64,000 bases of DNA from positions 1 to 64,000 of the forward strand of contig JAVJWO010000072.1 of the NCBI GenBank assembly GCA_040222015.1. The letters run 5' to 3'. Below the pieces are notes generated by a model. It saw only the letters and a program-made list of their open reading frames with translations. It did no database searches and had not been told where the DNA came from. The position numbers and the translations under genes were made by a program. This stretch comes from Coleofasciculus chthonoplastes F2-STO-03. Lineage in GTDB: Bacteria; Cyanobacteriota; Cyanobacteriia; Cyanobacteriales; Coleofasciculaceae. Positions 49,706 through 60,301 of this stretch are shown in pieces (positions within the stretch are counted from its first letter, which is position 1; every line of letters begins with the position of its first letter).

Positions 49706-51729
49706 GGATGGAAATAGGTATAAATATCTTCGGCTAAACGCGAACCAATTCCCGGAACTTGAGCAAGCTGTTGTACCGATGCTTCTCGAATATAATCAAT
49801 AGACCGAAAATGTGCCAATAGCTGTTTTTGACGCGCAAATCCTAATCCGGGAATTTCATCTAAGCGAGAACGGCGTAACGTTTCACTGCGTTGTTTTCGA
49901 TGGAAACTCACAGCAAAACGGTGCGCCTCATCGCGTAAACGCCGCAATAATTGTACCCCTGGTTGTTCAGCGTCGGTGGGGAGGGGAAAGGATTCACCCG
50001 GGAGAAAAATTTCTTCCCGTTGTTTAGCTAAACTTACTACCCGAACTTTATCTAACAGGTTCATATCCTGTAATACCGCAACCACGGCGGAGAGTTGTCC
50101 TTTACCACCATCAATCATAATTAAATCGGGAAAATCATCAGAGATTCCCTGTTTTCTGGGAAGGGCGGGTTTAGTTAGGGTATCGGTTTGTGGCGAAATG
50201 GTATCTGTTAAACCCGCCCCTACATCGGGGTTTTCCTGATGGTTGGGAAGGGCGGGTAAGGTAAGGTTATCGGTTTGCAGCGAAATGGTATCTGTTAAAC
50301 CCGCCCCTACGTCTTTATATTGGCGAAAACGGCGACGAATCACTTCTGCTAAACTGGCAAAATCATCGGAATGACCAATCGTTACCGTAGGATTTTTTAT
50401 CTTATAATGTCGATAATGTTGCTTCGCTTGCGTCCCATTAATAAACACCACCTGAGACGCTACCGGATTAGCTCCATGAATGTGAGAAATATCATACCCT
50501 TCAATCCGATGGGGTAAATCGGGTAAATCTAAAATTGCAGCTAAATCTTGCATCGCTTGGCTATTGCGGTCAGCTAATTTCTGAGTTCGTTCTAACTCAT
50601 ACTTCGCATTCCGTTCCACCATTTCAATTAATTCAGCTTTGGTTTGCCGTTGGGGAACTAAAATAGTAACTTTGCGCCCTTTCCGTTCACTTAACCAATC
50701 TGCCAATAAGTCTGTATCTGTTAACTCATGCTGGACTAAAATCTCACTGGGAATTTCTACAGCGTCAACGGTTTGATAATGATCTTCTAATACTCGTTGT
50801 AAAATTGCCCCTAGTTCAATTCCCCCTGATGGAACTTCAGCAAAAAATCCCAATCGCCCCACCAACCGACCGGCACGAATCTGGAATAATTGAATACAAG
50901 CATGATGGGCATCTGCCGAAAGCGCGATCGCATCCCGTGATACGGTATCATCGGGTAGGGCGACTTTTTGGTCAGCACTGAGGGCGTTCAACCCTTTAAT
51001 CTGATCCCGAATTTTCGCCGCTAACTCAAAGTTCAGCGATTCCGCTGCTTGTTCCATAGTCTGAGTTAGGATATCAATCAGTTCCCCCGTTCGCCCCTGA
51101 AACACCATCGCTATTTTTTGCACGGTATGGCGATACTCCTGCGGTGAAACAAGCTGTTGACAAACCCCAGGACAACGCCCAATATCATAGTTAAGACAGG
51201 GACGGTCTTTAAACAGGGGACGGGGGCGCTGACGTTGGGGAAAAATCTGCTTGAGTAGGTGTAATGTACTTCGCAGCAAGCCGACATCTACATAAGGACC
51301 ATAATAGCGATCCTTTTCTTTTCTCAGGTTACGCTTGCGGGTAATAAAGATACGCGGATAGTCTTCTGACCAAGTAATACAAATATACGGATATTTCTTA
51401 TCATCTTTGAGCAGCACATTGAAATACGGCTGATGCTGCTTGACTAAATTCGCTTCTAATGCTAGGGCTTCCGCTTCGGTATCGGTAACAATAAACTCAA
51501 TCTCCGCCACCTGACGCACCATCATGGCGATCCGGGGACTCAGGGGTTGGGCGTTACGGAAATAAGAACGAACGCGCGATCGCAGCTTCTTTGATTTACC
51601 AATATAGAGGATGCGATCGCTCCCGTCACGCATTAAATAAACCCCAGGTTCAGCCGGGATTTCTTTCAGGCGACGTTCTAGGCGATCGGGATTATTGACT
51701 AGAGGGGTTACTTTAGCCGAGGATATCAC
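49702..51729 (-). CDS. uvrC: Excinuclease ABC subunit C with in-frame repeat insertion
   Basis: [33 protein letters not shown] and HhH motifs. Confidence 0.98.
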   Translation of the reverse strand: MISSAKVTPLVNNPDRLERRLKEIPAEPGVYLMRDGSDRILYIGKSKKLRSRVRSYFRNAQPLSPRIAMMVRQVAEIEFIVTDTEAEALALEANLVKQHQPYFNVLLKDDKKYPYICITWSEDYPRIFITRKRNLRKEKDRYYGPYVDVGLLRSTLHLLKQIFPQRQRPRPLFKDRPCLNYDIGRCPGVCQQLVSPQEYRHTVQKIAMVFQGRTGELIDILTQTMEQAAESLNFELAAKIRDQIKGLNALSADQKVALPDDTVSRDAIALSADAHHACIQLFQIRAGRLVGRLGFFAEVPSGGIELGAILQRVLEDHYQTVDAVEIPSEILVQHELTDTDLLADWLSERKGRKVTILVPQRQTKAELIEMVERNAKYELERTQKLADRNSQAMQDLAAILDLPDLPHRIEGYDISHIHGANPVASQVVFINGTQAKQHYRHYKIKNPTVTIGHSDDFASLAEVIRRRFRQYKDVGAGLTDTISLQTDNLTLPALPNHQENPDVGAGLTDTISPQTDTLTKPALPRKQGISDDFPDLIMIDGGKGQLSAVVAVLQDMNLLDKVRVVSLAKQREEIFLPGESFPLPTDAEQPGVQLLRRLRDEAHRFAVSFHRKQRSETLRRSRLDEIPGLGFARQKQLLAHFRSIDYIREASVQQLAQVPGIGSRLAEDIYTYFHP

Positions 51730-51892
51730 AGATACTGATCATCTCGCTTACTCATCTTATCTCTATGATAAAACCTTTTTTTAATTCATGAGACCTGGAA
51801 CATTTCATTAGGACAAGAGGTCAAAGGGGAAGTCTAACCATTTAAATGCTTAATCTTTTAAGATTTTGTCACAACTAGTAGGAGTTTTCTCA

Positions 51893-52714
51893 ATGAAAAA
51901 ACTACTCATGATTGCCGCCAGCCTATTTATCATATCAGCAGAATCGGCTCAAGCTTGTAGTTGTATGCGAGCTACCCCTGAGCAACATTTTGAATCCGCC
52001 AATGCTGTCTTTTCGGGTCGAGTTGTTAATGTGATCACTCCCCGGCGAACTCGCCGACGTCCCCAATTATCGTTCCCGCAAAAACGAGTCATGTTTGAAG
52101 TGTCCGACGTGTGGAAAGGACAAGAAAGACGCCGATTAATGGTGATGACATCCGATTCCAGTGCTAGTTGCGGTTTCAATTTTACTGAAGGAGAATCTTA
52201 CCTCGTCTATGCCTCACGTTCAGATAATCGCTTAACCACATCCCTGTGTAGTGGCACAAAACTATTAAGCCAAGCCAAAGAGGATTTAAGGATGTTAGAA
52301 GACCAAGAAACCCCATCCAATACTGTTGCGTTTGAAACCCTAGAAAAAAGCTGGAATAGTGGAATAGCAGAACCCTTTCAGACAGTCATTCGTGAGCAAG
52401 CGACATGGGAGCAATTTGGGGCGAATCTTCATTCAATTGATAAGCCAACGCCATCTTCTCTAAATGTTGACTTTACTGAAAACATGGTGATTGGAGTTGG
52501 ACTAGGGAATCAACCCAGTGGTGGTTATAGTGTTGAAATTAAAGATATCGTGATGGAGGATGGTAAGCTGGTGATTAACGCTGTAGAACAGCAACCGGGA
52601 CGGAACTGTCTGACGACCATGGCAATCACTCAACCGTATCACTTAGTTACGGTAGAAAAATCCGATTTACCCGTTGAATTTAACCGTCAAACTGAAATCG
52701 TGAACTGTGAGTAA
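51893..52714 (+). CDS. Secreted protein: TIMP/NTR-like domain fused to a PrcB C-terminal-like domain
   Basis: Signal peptide then ACSC..AVFSGRV..SCGFNF..YLVYA..LCSGT; later VDF..GNQPSGGYSVEI..MAITQPYH. Confidence 0.75.
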   Translation: MKKLLMIAASLFIISAESAQACSCMRATPEQHFESANAVFSGRVVNVITPRRTRRRPQLSFPQKRVMFEVSDVWKGQERRRLMVMTSDSSASCGFNFTEGESYLVYASRSDNRLTTSLCSGTKLLSQAKEDLRMLEDQETPSNTVAFETLEKSWNSGIAEPFQTVIREQATWEQFGANLHSIDKPTPSSLNVDFTENMVIGVGLGNQPSGGYSVEIKDIVMEDGKLVINAVEQQPGRNCLTTMAITQPYHLVTVEKSDLPVEFNRQTEIVNCE

Positions 52715-52819
52715 CGTCAAGAAAGGGAACCGGCAACGAGATTGAAATTCCATTTCAGGAAAGGTGCGATCGCACCTTTTGCCACGGTGATTGAAATTGT
52801 TGCGACACCGATGCAGTAT

Positions 52820-53197
52820 TCAAGCCGACATGATAGTATGAGTTAAGCGATCGAGGCGTTCGGAATAACTTTTCATCACATTGAGCGCAAACATAGGTGT
52901 TTCCTGAACCGCAAACAGGAATCGCTGCTGATCCAGAAATGCCAAAGTACAATCTGTTTTCGCGATCGCGCTATAGGTTCTGTCGTCTACTCCAATCAAT
53001 GTTCCGGTACCAAACACCTCACCCTTGCCGATGGTTTCCACAATCTTACCATTGACAGAGATGTTGACTTCTCCCTCCAATATGCCATACATATAGTTTG
53101 CTGGATCACCTTCTTGGAAAATGACCTGATCGGCAGAAAATGTCTTAGGTTCAGCCTGTTGTTGTAAGATGCTGACTGTGTTTGCGGGTTCTAACAT
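52820..53197 (-). CDS. Stand-alone cyclic nucleotide-binding domain protein
   Basis: IFQEGD..GEVFG..RTYSAIAKTDC. Confidence 0.9.
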   Translation of the reverse strand: MLEPANTVSILQQQAEPKTFSADQVIFQEGDPANYMYGILEGEVNISVNGKIVETIGKGEVFGTGTLIGVDDRTYSAIAKTDCTLAFLDQQRFLFAVQETPMFALNVMKSYSERLDRLTHTIMSA

Positions 53198-53418
53198 GGT
53201 CTGTATGCCAGATCATTTTATGTTGGGTTATTATTATACCGAAAGGAGGCAAAATACCAGATATAGCCAAAGTATAGCCAAAGGCAAAAAACAGAGGGCA
53301 TGGCGTGGGATTCTGTAGGGGCGGGTTTCACTATTATCGCTTCGGTTGCACCCAGATGTGACTCAACCCGCCCCTACACACCAGGTTCCCGCAAAGGTGG
53401 TGAACGGAATTTCATTCT

Positions 53419-55497
53419 TCAACGCACCCCAACTAACAAATTCTGATACGCCGCCTCAATCCGTTCCACTTCCGATGACACATCTGTCTCTAATTTATTC
53501 AACCGCTCTAATTCCGTCCCTTGATTAATCTCATGCGACTCTTTTTGGGCGATTAAATTATCTAACTCTGACTGGCGAGCATTAATATCATCATTCATCC
53601 GTTCCGTCACTTCTCGCTCATAAACATCAAAGCATTCTTTCACCGCATCGTGAATCGGTTGCCATTGTTCTCGTGCGACTTGAGGCAAATATTTAACTAA
53701 CTCTTTCTTCGCCGCTTTCACCAACTCCTTCCGCGCTTGATCCGCTTGCACAACCCCAACGCCTAACCCCAATAACGCCAATCCCACGGGTCCCAAAACC
53801 ACCCCTGACACCGCTGTAATCATCGCCCCAACACCCATCACCGTAATAAAATTAAGGGCGATATTTTTCCAATCAAACCCCGCTCCCGCCATGGCTACCC
53901 CGGCAATATTTCCTCTTGCCAAGGAAAAGAGTCCTGCTGCCCATTTTGCCCAAGCGGGAGCATTATCTTCTGGGGTTGTACCAATCACCGGAGAGATGCC
54001 TTGTCCGGTTAACTTTTCGGTAATTTTATCCGTCACCTTGGTATAAGATGCACCATAACTTGCTGCACTTTTGGATAACTGCAAAAACGCACTATCCATT
54101 TCTTTTTCAGCGATTAGACTCCACGCCGATAACTTATCATTTATATACTGCTCAAATGCCTGTTGCAGTCCAGCTTCAAAGGCTTCGCGTCTCCCTTTGT
54201 TCAAAAAATCCATAAATCGCAAATCGGGCTGATACTGCATGAAATCAGCTTCAAACGTATTTCCCAAGTTTAAAGTGTATGTGCGGAAGGAATCAGCCAC
54301 CGCTTTTGCCTTACTATCCCGTACCGATTTGATTTCAGCTTGGAACTGCTGACAGATTTCATTGAGTTTATTGAATTCAGGTTCTACGGAATTAATCCGC
54401 TCTTTTAACTCCTTAACATCCTGTTCCAGCAACGGAATTCGCCGTTCAATCGCTTCCCGAACATGACGATACCCTTGACGCGCCAAGGTTCTGGCTTGGC
54501 GGAATTCAGCCACGGCGCGTTCGCTGGTCAAAAATGTACTTAATGCGCCCAAAAACTCTGGAAATCCGGTTCCTTCTAGAGACGCCGTTGGCTGCTTGAC
54601 TCGTAACCGCAGCGCTTTAATCGCGGAAATCTCAAACACTCGTTCATCATAAATATCATGCCCATCGACTTGACAGTAATCGGCTAAGTTAGCTCGAAAT
54701 ACACGCCGCACTTTATCTTCCGATTCTGCTAATTCTTCGGTATCATCCGGATCAATCAAACTTTCGCGAATCTGATCCCAAGCATTAATTAAAAAGAAAA
54801 CCGATAATCCTCGATCCTTAATGTAATTTTCTAAATAACGGCGTTCAGCCAAGGTACAAGGTTGGGTTGCCCGCAGTACAAATAAAATCGCATGGCAATT
54901 ATTGATATATCCCAGGGATAACTCGTTCCGGGCTTCAGTATCATTAAGTCCAGGGCTATCGACGATTTCGATACCTTTTTGTAATAACGGTAAGGGATAC
55001 TCTACGACAGCATAATCAACATTAGGGAATGCCTGTTTCTTCTGTTGTTCCAGTTGCTTGGCTTCGGCGGGGTCAATCGTGTAGCGCCGCTTAAAACTTT
55101 TAAAGTCAATATCTTCCGGGGGTGTCCCATCATTAAAATGAACGGTAACTTTTTTTTCTGTCCCATACCGCAACACCGTTAATAAGGCGGTACAGGGATT
55201 CACATCGGAGGGTAATAAGTTCTCGCCAATTAAGGCATTTAGAAACGTACTTTTGCCCCGTTTCATATCGCCCAAAACCAGTAATCTGAATACACCTTGT
55301 TGTAAATTTTTACTGGCTCGGCTTAAATCATCAATATCCCGTTCTAACCCCAAACTGCCAGAGGTATCCTTTCCCCTGGTTTCCCCTTGTTCCAGGGTTT
55401 GAGCGATTTCACCCAGACTGGTGGCGACTTGCGATCGCACTCTGGCAACTCGCTCTAAATTATTCAGGAAACTGTCTGTTTCTATTTTGTAACTCAT
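53419..55497 (-). CDS. Bacterial dynamin-like protein (BDLP)
   Basis: GDMKRGKS, VNPCTA, DSPG and INAWD GTPase motifs; hydrophobic paddle; 692 aa. Confidence 0.95.
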   Translation of the reverse strand: MSYKIETDSFLNNLERVARVRSQVATSLGEIAQTLEQGETRGKDTSGSLGLERDIDDLSRASKNLQQGVFRLLVLGDMKRGKSTFLNALIGENLLPSDVNPCTALLTVLRYGTEKKVTVHFNDGTPPEDIDFKSFKRRYTIDPAEAKQLEQQKKQAFPNVDYAVVEYPLPLLQKGIEIVDSPGLNDTEARNELSLGYINNCHAILFVLRATQPCTLAERRYLENYIKDRGLSVFFLINAWDQIRESLIDPDDTEELAESEDKVRRVFRANLADYCQVDGHDIYDERVFEISAIKALRLRVKQPTASLEGTGFPEFLGALSTFLTSERAVAEFRQARTLARQGYRHVREAIERRIPLLEQDVKELKERINSVEPEFNKLNEICQQFQAEIKSVRDSKAKAVADSFRTYTLNLGNTFEADFMQYQPDLRFMDFLNKGRREAFEAGLQQAFEQYINDKLSAWSLIAEKEMDSAFLQLSKSAASYGASYTKVTDKITEKLTGQGISPVIGTTPEDNAPAWAKWAAGLFSLARGNIAGVAMAGAGFDWKNIALNFITVMGVGAMITAVSGVVLGPVGLALLGLGVGVVQADQARKELVKAAKKELVKYLPQVAREQWQPIHDAVKECFDVYEREVTERMNDDINARQSELDNLIAQKESHEINQGTELERLNKLETDVSSEVERIEAAYQNLLVGVR

Positions 55498-55646
55498 TGT
55501 TTATTTTTCCCTTAACTATGTTCCTACCCAGTTATCTGAGAGAAGGGCGGGTTGAGTCAAGTTATCAGTTTTTGGCAAAACGTTATCGGTAAAACCCGCC
55601 CCGACAACTGATAAAGACAATACCCAATCCGACCAATCCTTTCCGT

Positions 55647-57728
55647 TTAACCTGGGAACAATAATAACTCCTCATACACAGATTCAACCTGCCGACATTC
55701 AGCTAAAATATCAGCATCTAAACCTCTCAACCGTTTTAACTCAGTTTGCCGATTAATCTCACGGGATTCTTTTTGTTCGAGCAAGTTATCTAACTCGGCT
55801 TTACGGGATTTAATATCATCATTAATCCGCTGAATTACTTCCTTTTCGTAACTATCAAAAGAATCTTTCACCGCTTGACGAATCGGTTCTTGTTGTTCCT
55901 GGCTGAGTTGCGGTAAATATTTAACAAACTCTTTTTTCGTCACTTTAATCACCTCTTGGCGGGCTTGTTCGGCTTGCAGTGCGCCCACACCCAAACCCAT
56001 CAACGCTAATCCAATAGGATTCCAAAACGTCAGCCCCGTAAAAATTAATAAAAAGCTGCTAATTCCAATTACCGCTAACCAATTCACCAGGATATTTTGC
56101 CAAGTAAACCCAGCCGCCGCTAACGCCACACCCGCCACATTTCCTGACGCTAAGGAGAAAAACCCCATCGCCCATTTTGCCCAAGTGGGTGACTCTTCCC
56201 CTGCATCAACCCGAACTCCCGGCGGTATCGTTTGTCCAATTAACTTTTCGGTCATGGAATCAACAATTTGATTATAGGTTGCACCGTAGTTAGCGGCACT
56301 TTGGGCAAGTTGGGAAAACCCCTCTTGTAAATACTCCTCCGCCGTGCGTTCCCACTCGGCTAATTTATTCTGAATATACTGCTCAAACGCTTGCTTTAAT
56401 GCCGCATTAAACGCCTCCCGTCTCTCCGCTTGCAAGAACTCCAGAAAATCAATTGTCGGCTGATAGCCTAAGAAATCAGATTCAAATGTCTTTTCTAAGT
56501 TCAGCACATAAGTGCGAAACGAATCCGCCACCGCTTTGACTTTTGTATCCCGCATCGTCCGAATTTCATCCTGGAATTGATCGCGGATTTGGGTCAATTG
56601 CTCAAACTCCGGTTCAACCCCCTGAATCCGTTGTTTCAATTCTTCAATATCTTGGTCGAGTAAGGGAATTCGCCGTTCAATCGCTTCGTGAGTGCGGCTA
56701 TAAACTTGACGCGCTAATGTTCTCGCTTGGCGTAATTGTGCCACGGCGCGTTCTTGGGTCAAAAAGGTATTCAGCGCCCCTAAAAATGCTGGGAATCCTG
56801 TTCCTTCTAGGGAAGCTTCTGAATCTTTTACCCGCCGCCGCAAGGCTTCCAGAGAGGAAATCTCAAACACTCGCTCATCATCGCGATTTTGTCCATCTTT
56901 TTGACAGTAATCAGTTAGATAGGTTTGGAATACCGTGCGTAACCGATTTTGTGCTTCTTCGAGTTCATCAGGATCATCGGGATCAATCAATCCTTTGCCG
57001 ATTTCATCCCAAGCGTTAATTAGAAAGAAAACAGTTAATCCGCGCCCTTTAATGTAATTTTCTAAATAGCGGCGTTCTTCTAGGGTACAAGGCTGCATCG
57101 CCCTGAATAAAAACAAGATAGCGTGGCAGTTGTGGATATAGTTGAGTGATAATTCATTCCGGGCTTCGGTATCGTTCAGCCCTGGACTATCAACAATTTC
57201 AATCCCTTTTTCTAAGAGGGGTAAAGGGTATTCGACAACGGCATAGTCAACGTCGGGAAATGCCGAACTTTTCTCGGCTTCGAGGCGTTTGGCTTCGGTG
57301 GGATCGATGGTATAGTTTTGCTTAAAAGTGGCAAAATCGAGGGATTCTGGCGGTTTATCTCCTTTAAAGTAAACCGTGACTTTTTTTTGAGTTCCGTAGC
57401 GCAAAACTGTCAGCATCGCTGTACAAGGATTCACATCGGCTGGCAATAGGTTCTCCCCAATTAAGGCATTGAGTAACGTACTTTTACCTCGTTTCAAGTC
57501 TCCCAATACCAGCAGGCGAAATAAACCCTTCTGCAAATTGTCGCTGGCAATCCGGATATCTTCGCTTTCCCGCTCTAGACTCAATTTCCCGGAGGTTTCT
57601 TCAGCGTCCAATTCGGCTTGGTTTAGCCGTTTGGCAATTTGACTCAGATGCGTCGCCGCTTGATGGCGCACTCTCACCACTCGCTCCAAATCCCTGAGTA
57701 AGCTGGTATTATCCACGGTATAGCTCAT
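55647..57728 (-). CDS. Bacterial dynamin-like protein (paralog)
   Basis: GDLKRGKS, DSPG and INAWD; 693 aa; collinear with its neighbour. Confidence 0.95.
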   Translation of the reverse strand: MSYTVDNTSLLRDLERVVRVRHQAATHLSQIAKRLNQAELDAEETSGKLSLERESEDIRIASDNLQKGLFRLLVLGDLKRGKSTLLNALIGENLLPADVNPCTAMLTVLRYGTQKKVTVYFKGDKPPESLDFATFKQNYTIDPTEAKRLEAEKSSAFPDVDYAVVEYPLPLLEKGIEIVDSPGLNDTEARNELSLNYIHNCHAILFLFRAMQPCTLEERRYLENYIKGRGLTVFFLINAWDEIGKGLIDPDDPDELEEAQNRLRTVFQTYLTDYCQKDGQNRDDERVFEISSLEALRRRVKDSEASLEGTGFPAFLGALNTFLTQERAVAQLRQARTLARQVYSRTHEAIERRIPLLDQDIEELKQRIQGVEPEFEQLTQIRDQFQDEIRTMRDTKVKAVADSFRTYVLNLEKTFESDFLGYQPTIDFLEFLQAERREAFNAALKQAFEQYIQNKLAEWERTAEEYLQEGFSQLAQSAANYGATYNQIVDSMTEKLIGQTIPPGVRVDAGEESPTWAKWAMGFFSLASGNVAGVALAAAGFTWQNILVNWLAVIGISSFLLIFTGLTFWNPIGLALMGLGVGALQAEQARQEVIKVTKKEFVKYLPQLSQEQQEPIRQAVKDSFDSYEKEVIQRINDDIKSRKAELDNLLEQKESREINRQTELKRLRGLDADILAECRQVESVYEELLLFPG

Positions 57729-57890
57729 AATTGTTGTTGATTAACGCTATTTGGGAGATAAAGGCAGGTTTAACCTTCATTTTGTTCAAGGAACCTGGTG
57801 CGTGAGGGTGTAGGGGCGGGTTTTACAATTATCGTGTTTGACCTCAACCCGATGCAACTAAACCCGCCCCGATCAAATGCAAGAGTTAAA

Positions 57891-57962
57891 TTCCCTGTTC
57901 CCTGTTCCCTGTTCCCTGTGACACACCGAGCGAAGTCGAGGTGTTCCCTGTTCCCTGTTCCC
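57891..57962. repeat. STRR (TGTTCCC)n interrupted by a 22-bp insert
   Basis: Heptamer run with GACACACCGAGCGAAGTCGAGG at 57920-57941. Confidence 0.9.
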
Positions 57963-58285
57963 TAAGACTTCTTGCCATCGCCTTCCAGGAAAATCTTATA
58001 GCCAATAAAGCCAATAACGCCGATAATCATAATCGTCGCGATCGCAGCACTCACCCGTACAACCAGAACAGCCGCCACGACAAAGGCTAAGAACTTACCA
58101 AACATCACTAGCTTTCTCCCCCACCGTTGCAGCTTTCCTTCCGGTTGCTCATGCTTAACGGTTTGGTAGAGAGGAGGTTGATTAATTTCCGCTTCCAGTT
58201 CGCGTAGTCGGAGTTCTCGCTCTCGTTGGATCAGGTCGTGTTCCCGGCGCTGAAGCTCCCGGTCTTCATTATTGGGAGAAGTCAT
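57962..58285 (-). CDS. Small coiled-coil plus two-TM hypothetical protein
   Basis: RERELRLRELEAEI followed by hydrophobic helices. Confidence 0.75.
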   Translation of the reverse strand: MTSPNNEDRELQRREHDLIQRERELRLRELEAEINQPPLYQTVKHEQPEGKLQRWGRKLVMFGKFLAFVVAAVLVVRVSAAIATIMIIGVIGFIGYKIFLEGDGKKS

Positions 58286-58480
58286 GTCAGTTCATCCTAG
58301 TCTGAGATCGATCACAATAGGTTATGAAAAGGTTAAAACTTTTTAGCAATTCACCATAAATTTTCTCTTACTTTAACCTTAGAGCCTCAGCATCTGCTAG
58401 ATCTGGTTAAAAAACTTTAGGGCAAACCTCCACTCCGGGAACCGCTTCACCCTCATCCCCTGCACCACCGCACACCTACT

Positions 58481-58633
58481 TAAGTAGGTTGGTGGAAATA
58501 AAATCAACTATATTAAGTTATGTGAATAGACCTCAAACCCTTACATAAACAAATGACGTAGCTTGCTTCTCGCTCTCGCGAGTATGACGAATGACGATCT
58601 GTGCCGTTAACTTTTATTGTCCCTACCTACTTA
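58481..58633. mobile_element. MITE with TAAGTAGGT..ACCTACTTA termini
   Basis: Terminal inverted repeats plus subterminal AATAAAA/TTTTATT; internal GTAGCTTGCTTCTCGC..GCGAGTA mini-element within an ATGAC repeat. Confidence 0.75.
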
Positions 58634-58638
58634 GATCA

Positions 58639-59079
58639 CTATTCTTGTTGGGTTGGCTGATGTTCAGCATCAACCAGGGTTTCTTTAGATTGATCGAGCA
58701 TACCCTTACCAGAAGACGTGCGCTTTTTGGCATTAGTTGACGATTCTACATGACGGATGTCGTCATGCAGATGAATCTGAATTTTCGGTCCGGAACTAGC
58801 TAAACGGATAATCATCCCATCCACAACAGACATCTGGGTAATGCGTTTTTCATCGATATAGGTTCCGTTAGCACCTAAGCTGATAATTCGCCAACCTGAA
58901 CCATTCCGCCGAAGTTCAACATGGTGACGTGAAACGACGGCGCTGTATAAAATGACATCATTATCCGTAGACCGCCCAATCCGAATCACCGATTCCGATT
59001 TAAACGGCCAACTTTGAACAGGTACAGACTGGAGAGGATGCAGCAGGGTCAGAGTAATCACCGGTGTTACATCATTCAA
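58639..59079 (-). CDS. FHA domain protein
   Basis: IGRS..VSRHH..GANGTY. Confidence 0.92.
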   Translation of the reverse strand: MNDVTPVITLTLLHPLQSVPVQSWPFKSESVIRIGRSTDNDVILYSAVVSRHHVELRRNGSGWRIISLGANGTYIDEKRITQMSVVDGMIIRLASSGPKIQIHLHDDIRHVESSTNAKKRTSSGKGMLDQSKETLVDAEHQPTQQE

Positions 59080-59304
59080 AAACGTGGGTCCTTTCGACTG
59101 ACTGAATACTTCTAGAGATTCCCATGAGTCTAGGAACTGAATTTAACAGGTTTTCCTTAAGGGATACCATCGATCAACCCTAACTATTTGTCAATGGTTA
59201 GGAGTCAACACGGTAAAAGATTTTTCCGGAAATATTATAGAAGTTACCTGTAAATCAGGCTTTTATTATTAACCCCCCTCAGTTTCAGTACATAGTCAAG
59301 GGAC

Positions 59305-60084
59305 TTAGGACTCTTGGAACAAAAACGTTACCATGTCCCCTTTGCCTAGGCTAATGCGATCGCCTTTGCGTAAGCGATGGCGATCACCTTTCGGTAACGG
59401 GGTATGGTTGATGTATGTGCCATTGGCGCTGCCCACATCTTCAAGATAGTAGGTATCTCCCTCGACGCGAAGATCTGCATGAACTCGCGAAACAATTTCA
59501 GAATTCGGAAAGCCAGACACATCAATATCCGGGGGAATCTGATCGTTGGGTTTACCGATATGAATCACACTGATATGAGAGGGGAGTTCTATATTGGTCT
59601 GGGTTTGTAGATGGAGCAGATAAACAGACTGCACCTGCAACTGCGTGACACTACCTGGCGTTGGTGTCGCGACAGGGGGTGGGGGGGGTGCTGTTTCCGG
59701 CTCCGGTGGGGCTGGCTTTTCTTCTTCTTCTGTTGTCGTTCCGGATTGACCCACCTGGGTAACGGGTAGCTCAGGAGGGGGATCAGGTTGCGGGTCAGGG
59801 ATGGGTGATTGGGAACTCATTGAAAGAGGCTCGGGTTCAATTAGAGGGTCAGGGGGGTCTAAATCGGGTACATCGGGAACCGACACTGGAGCTGGTGTAT
59901 CTGGGCTTCCCGTTGAGCCACTGGCTTTCAGGTTAAAACCACATTGACCGCAGAAGCTAGCGTCTGTTTGAACTGTTGTACCACAGTTGGGACAACTCAT
60001 GCTTGCCGGTAAAGGTGTATAGCAGGCTTCGCATTGAGTCGCACCGTCTGGATTTTGGTGATTGCAGTTAGGGCAAACAATCAT
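59305..60084 (-). CDS. fraH: Double zinc ribbon / Pro-rich / FHA protein (FraH-like)
   Basis: MIVCPNCNHQN..CEAC..CPNC..CGQC, Pro-rich linker and FHA VSRVHA..SANGT. Confidence 0.85.
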   Translation of the reverse strand: MIVCPNCNHQNPDGATQCEACYTPLPASMSCPNCGTTVQTDASFCGQCGFNLKASGSTGSPDTPAPVSVPDVPDLDPPDPLIEPEPLSMSSQSPIPDPQPDPPPELPVTQVGQSGTTTEEEEKPAPPEPETAPPPPPVATPTPGSVTQLQVQSVYLLHLQTQTNIELPSHISVIHIGKPNDQIPPDIDVSGFPNSEIVSRVHADLRVEGDTYYLEDVGSANGTYINHTPLPKGDRHRLRKGDRISLGKGDMVTFLFQES

Positions 60085-60301
60085 AAGCTATTCAAGATTC
60101 ACACATTCAAAATTACCAACAAAAGCGGTTTGACAAAGAATTGTTGTAGAGACGTTGCATGCAACGTCTCTACTGAGGGCAAAACCGCCGAAATCCTTCG
60201 AGTCAGCATCAGCCTTCCTCCTTCATCAAAACACAGTTAACCGTTCTACCTTAATAACTTGTTACATCAGGCTCACGGGTTCTCTGTCGTGGAAATGAGC
60301 A

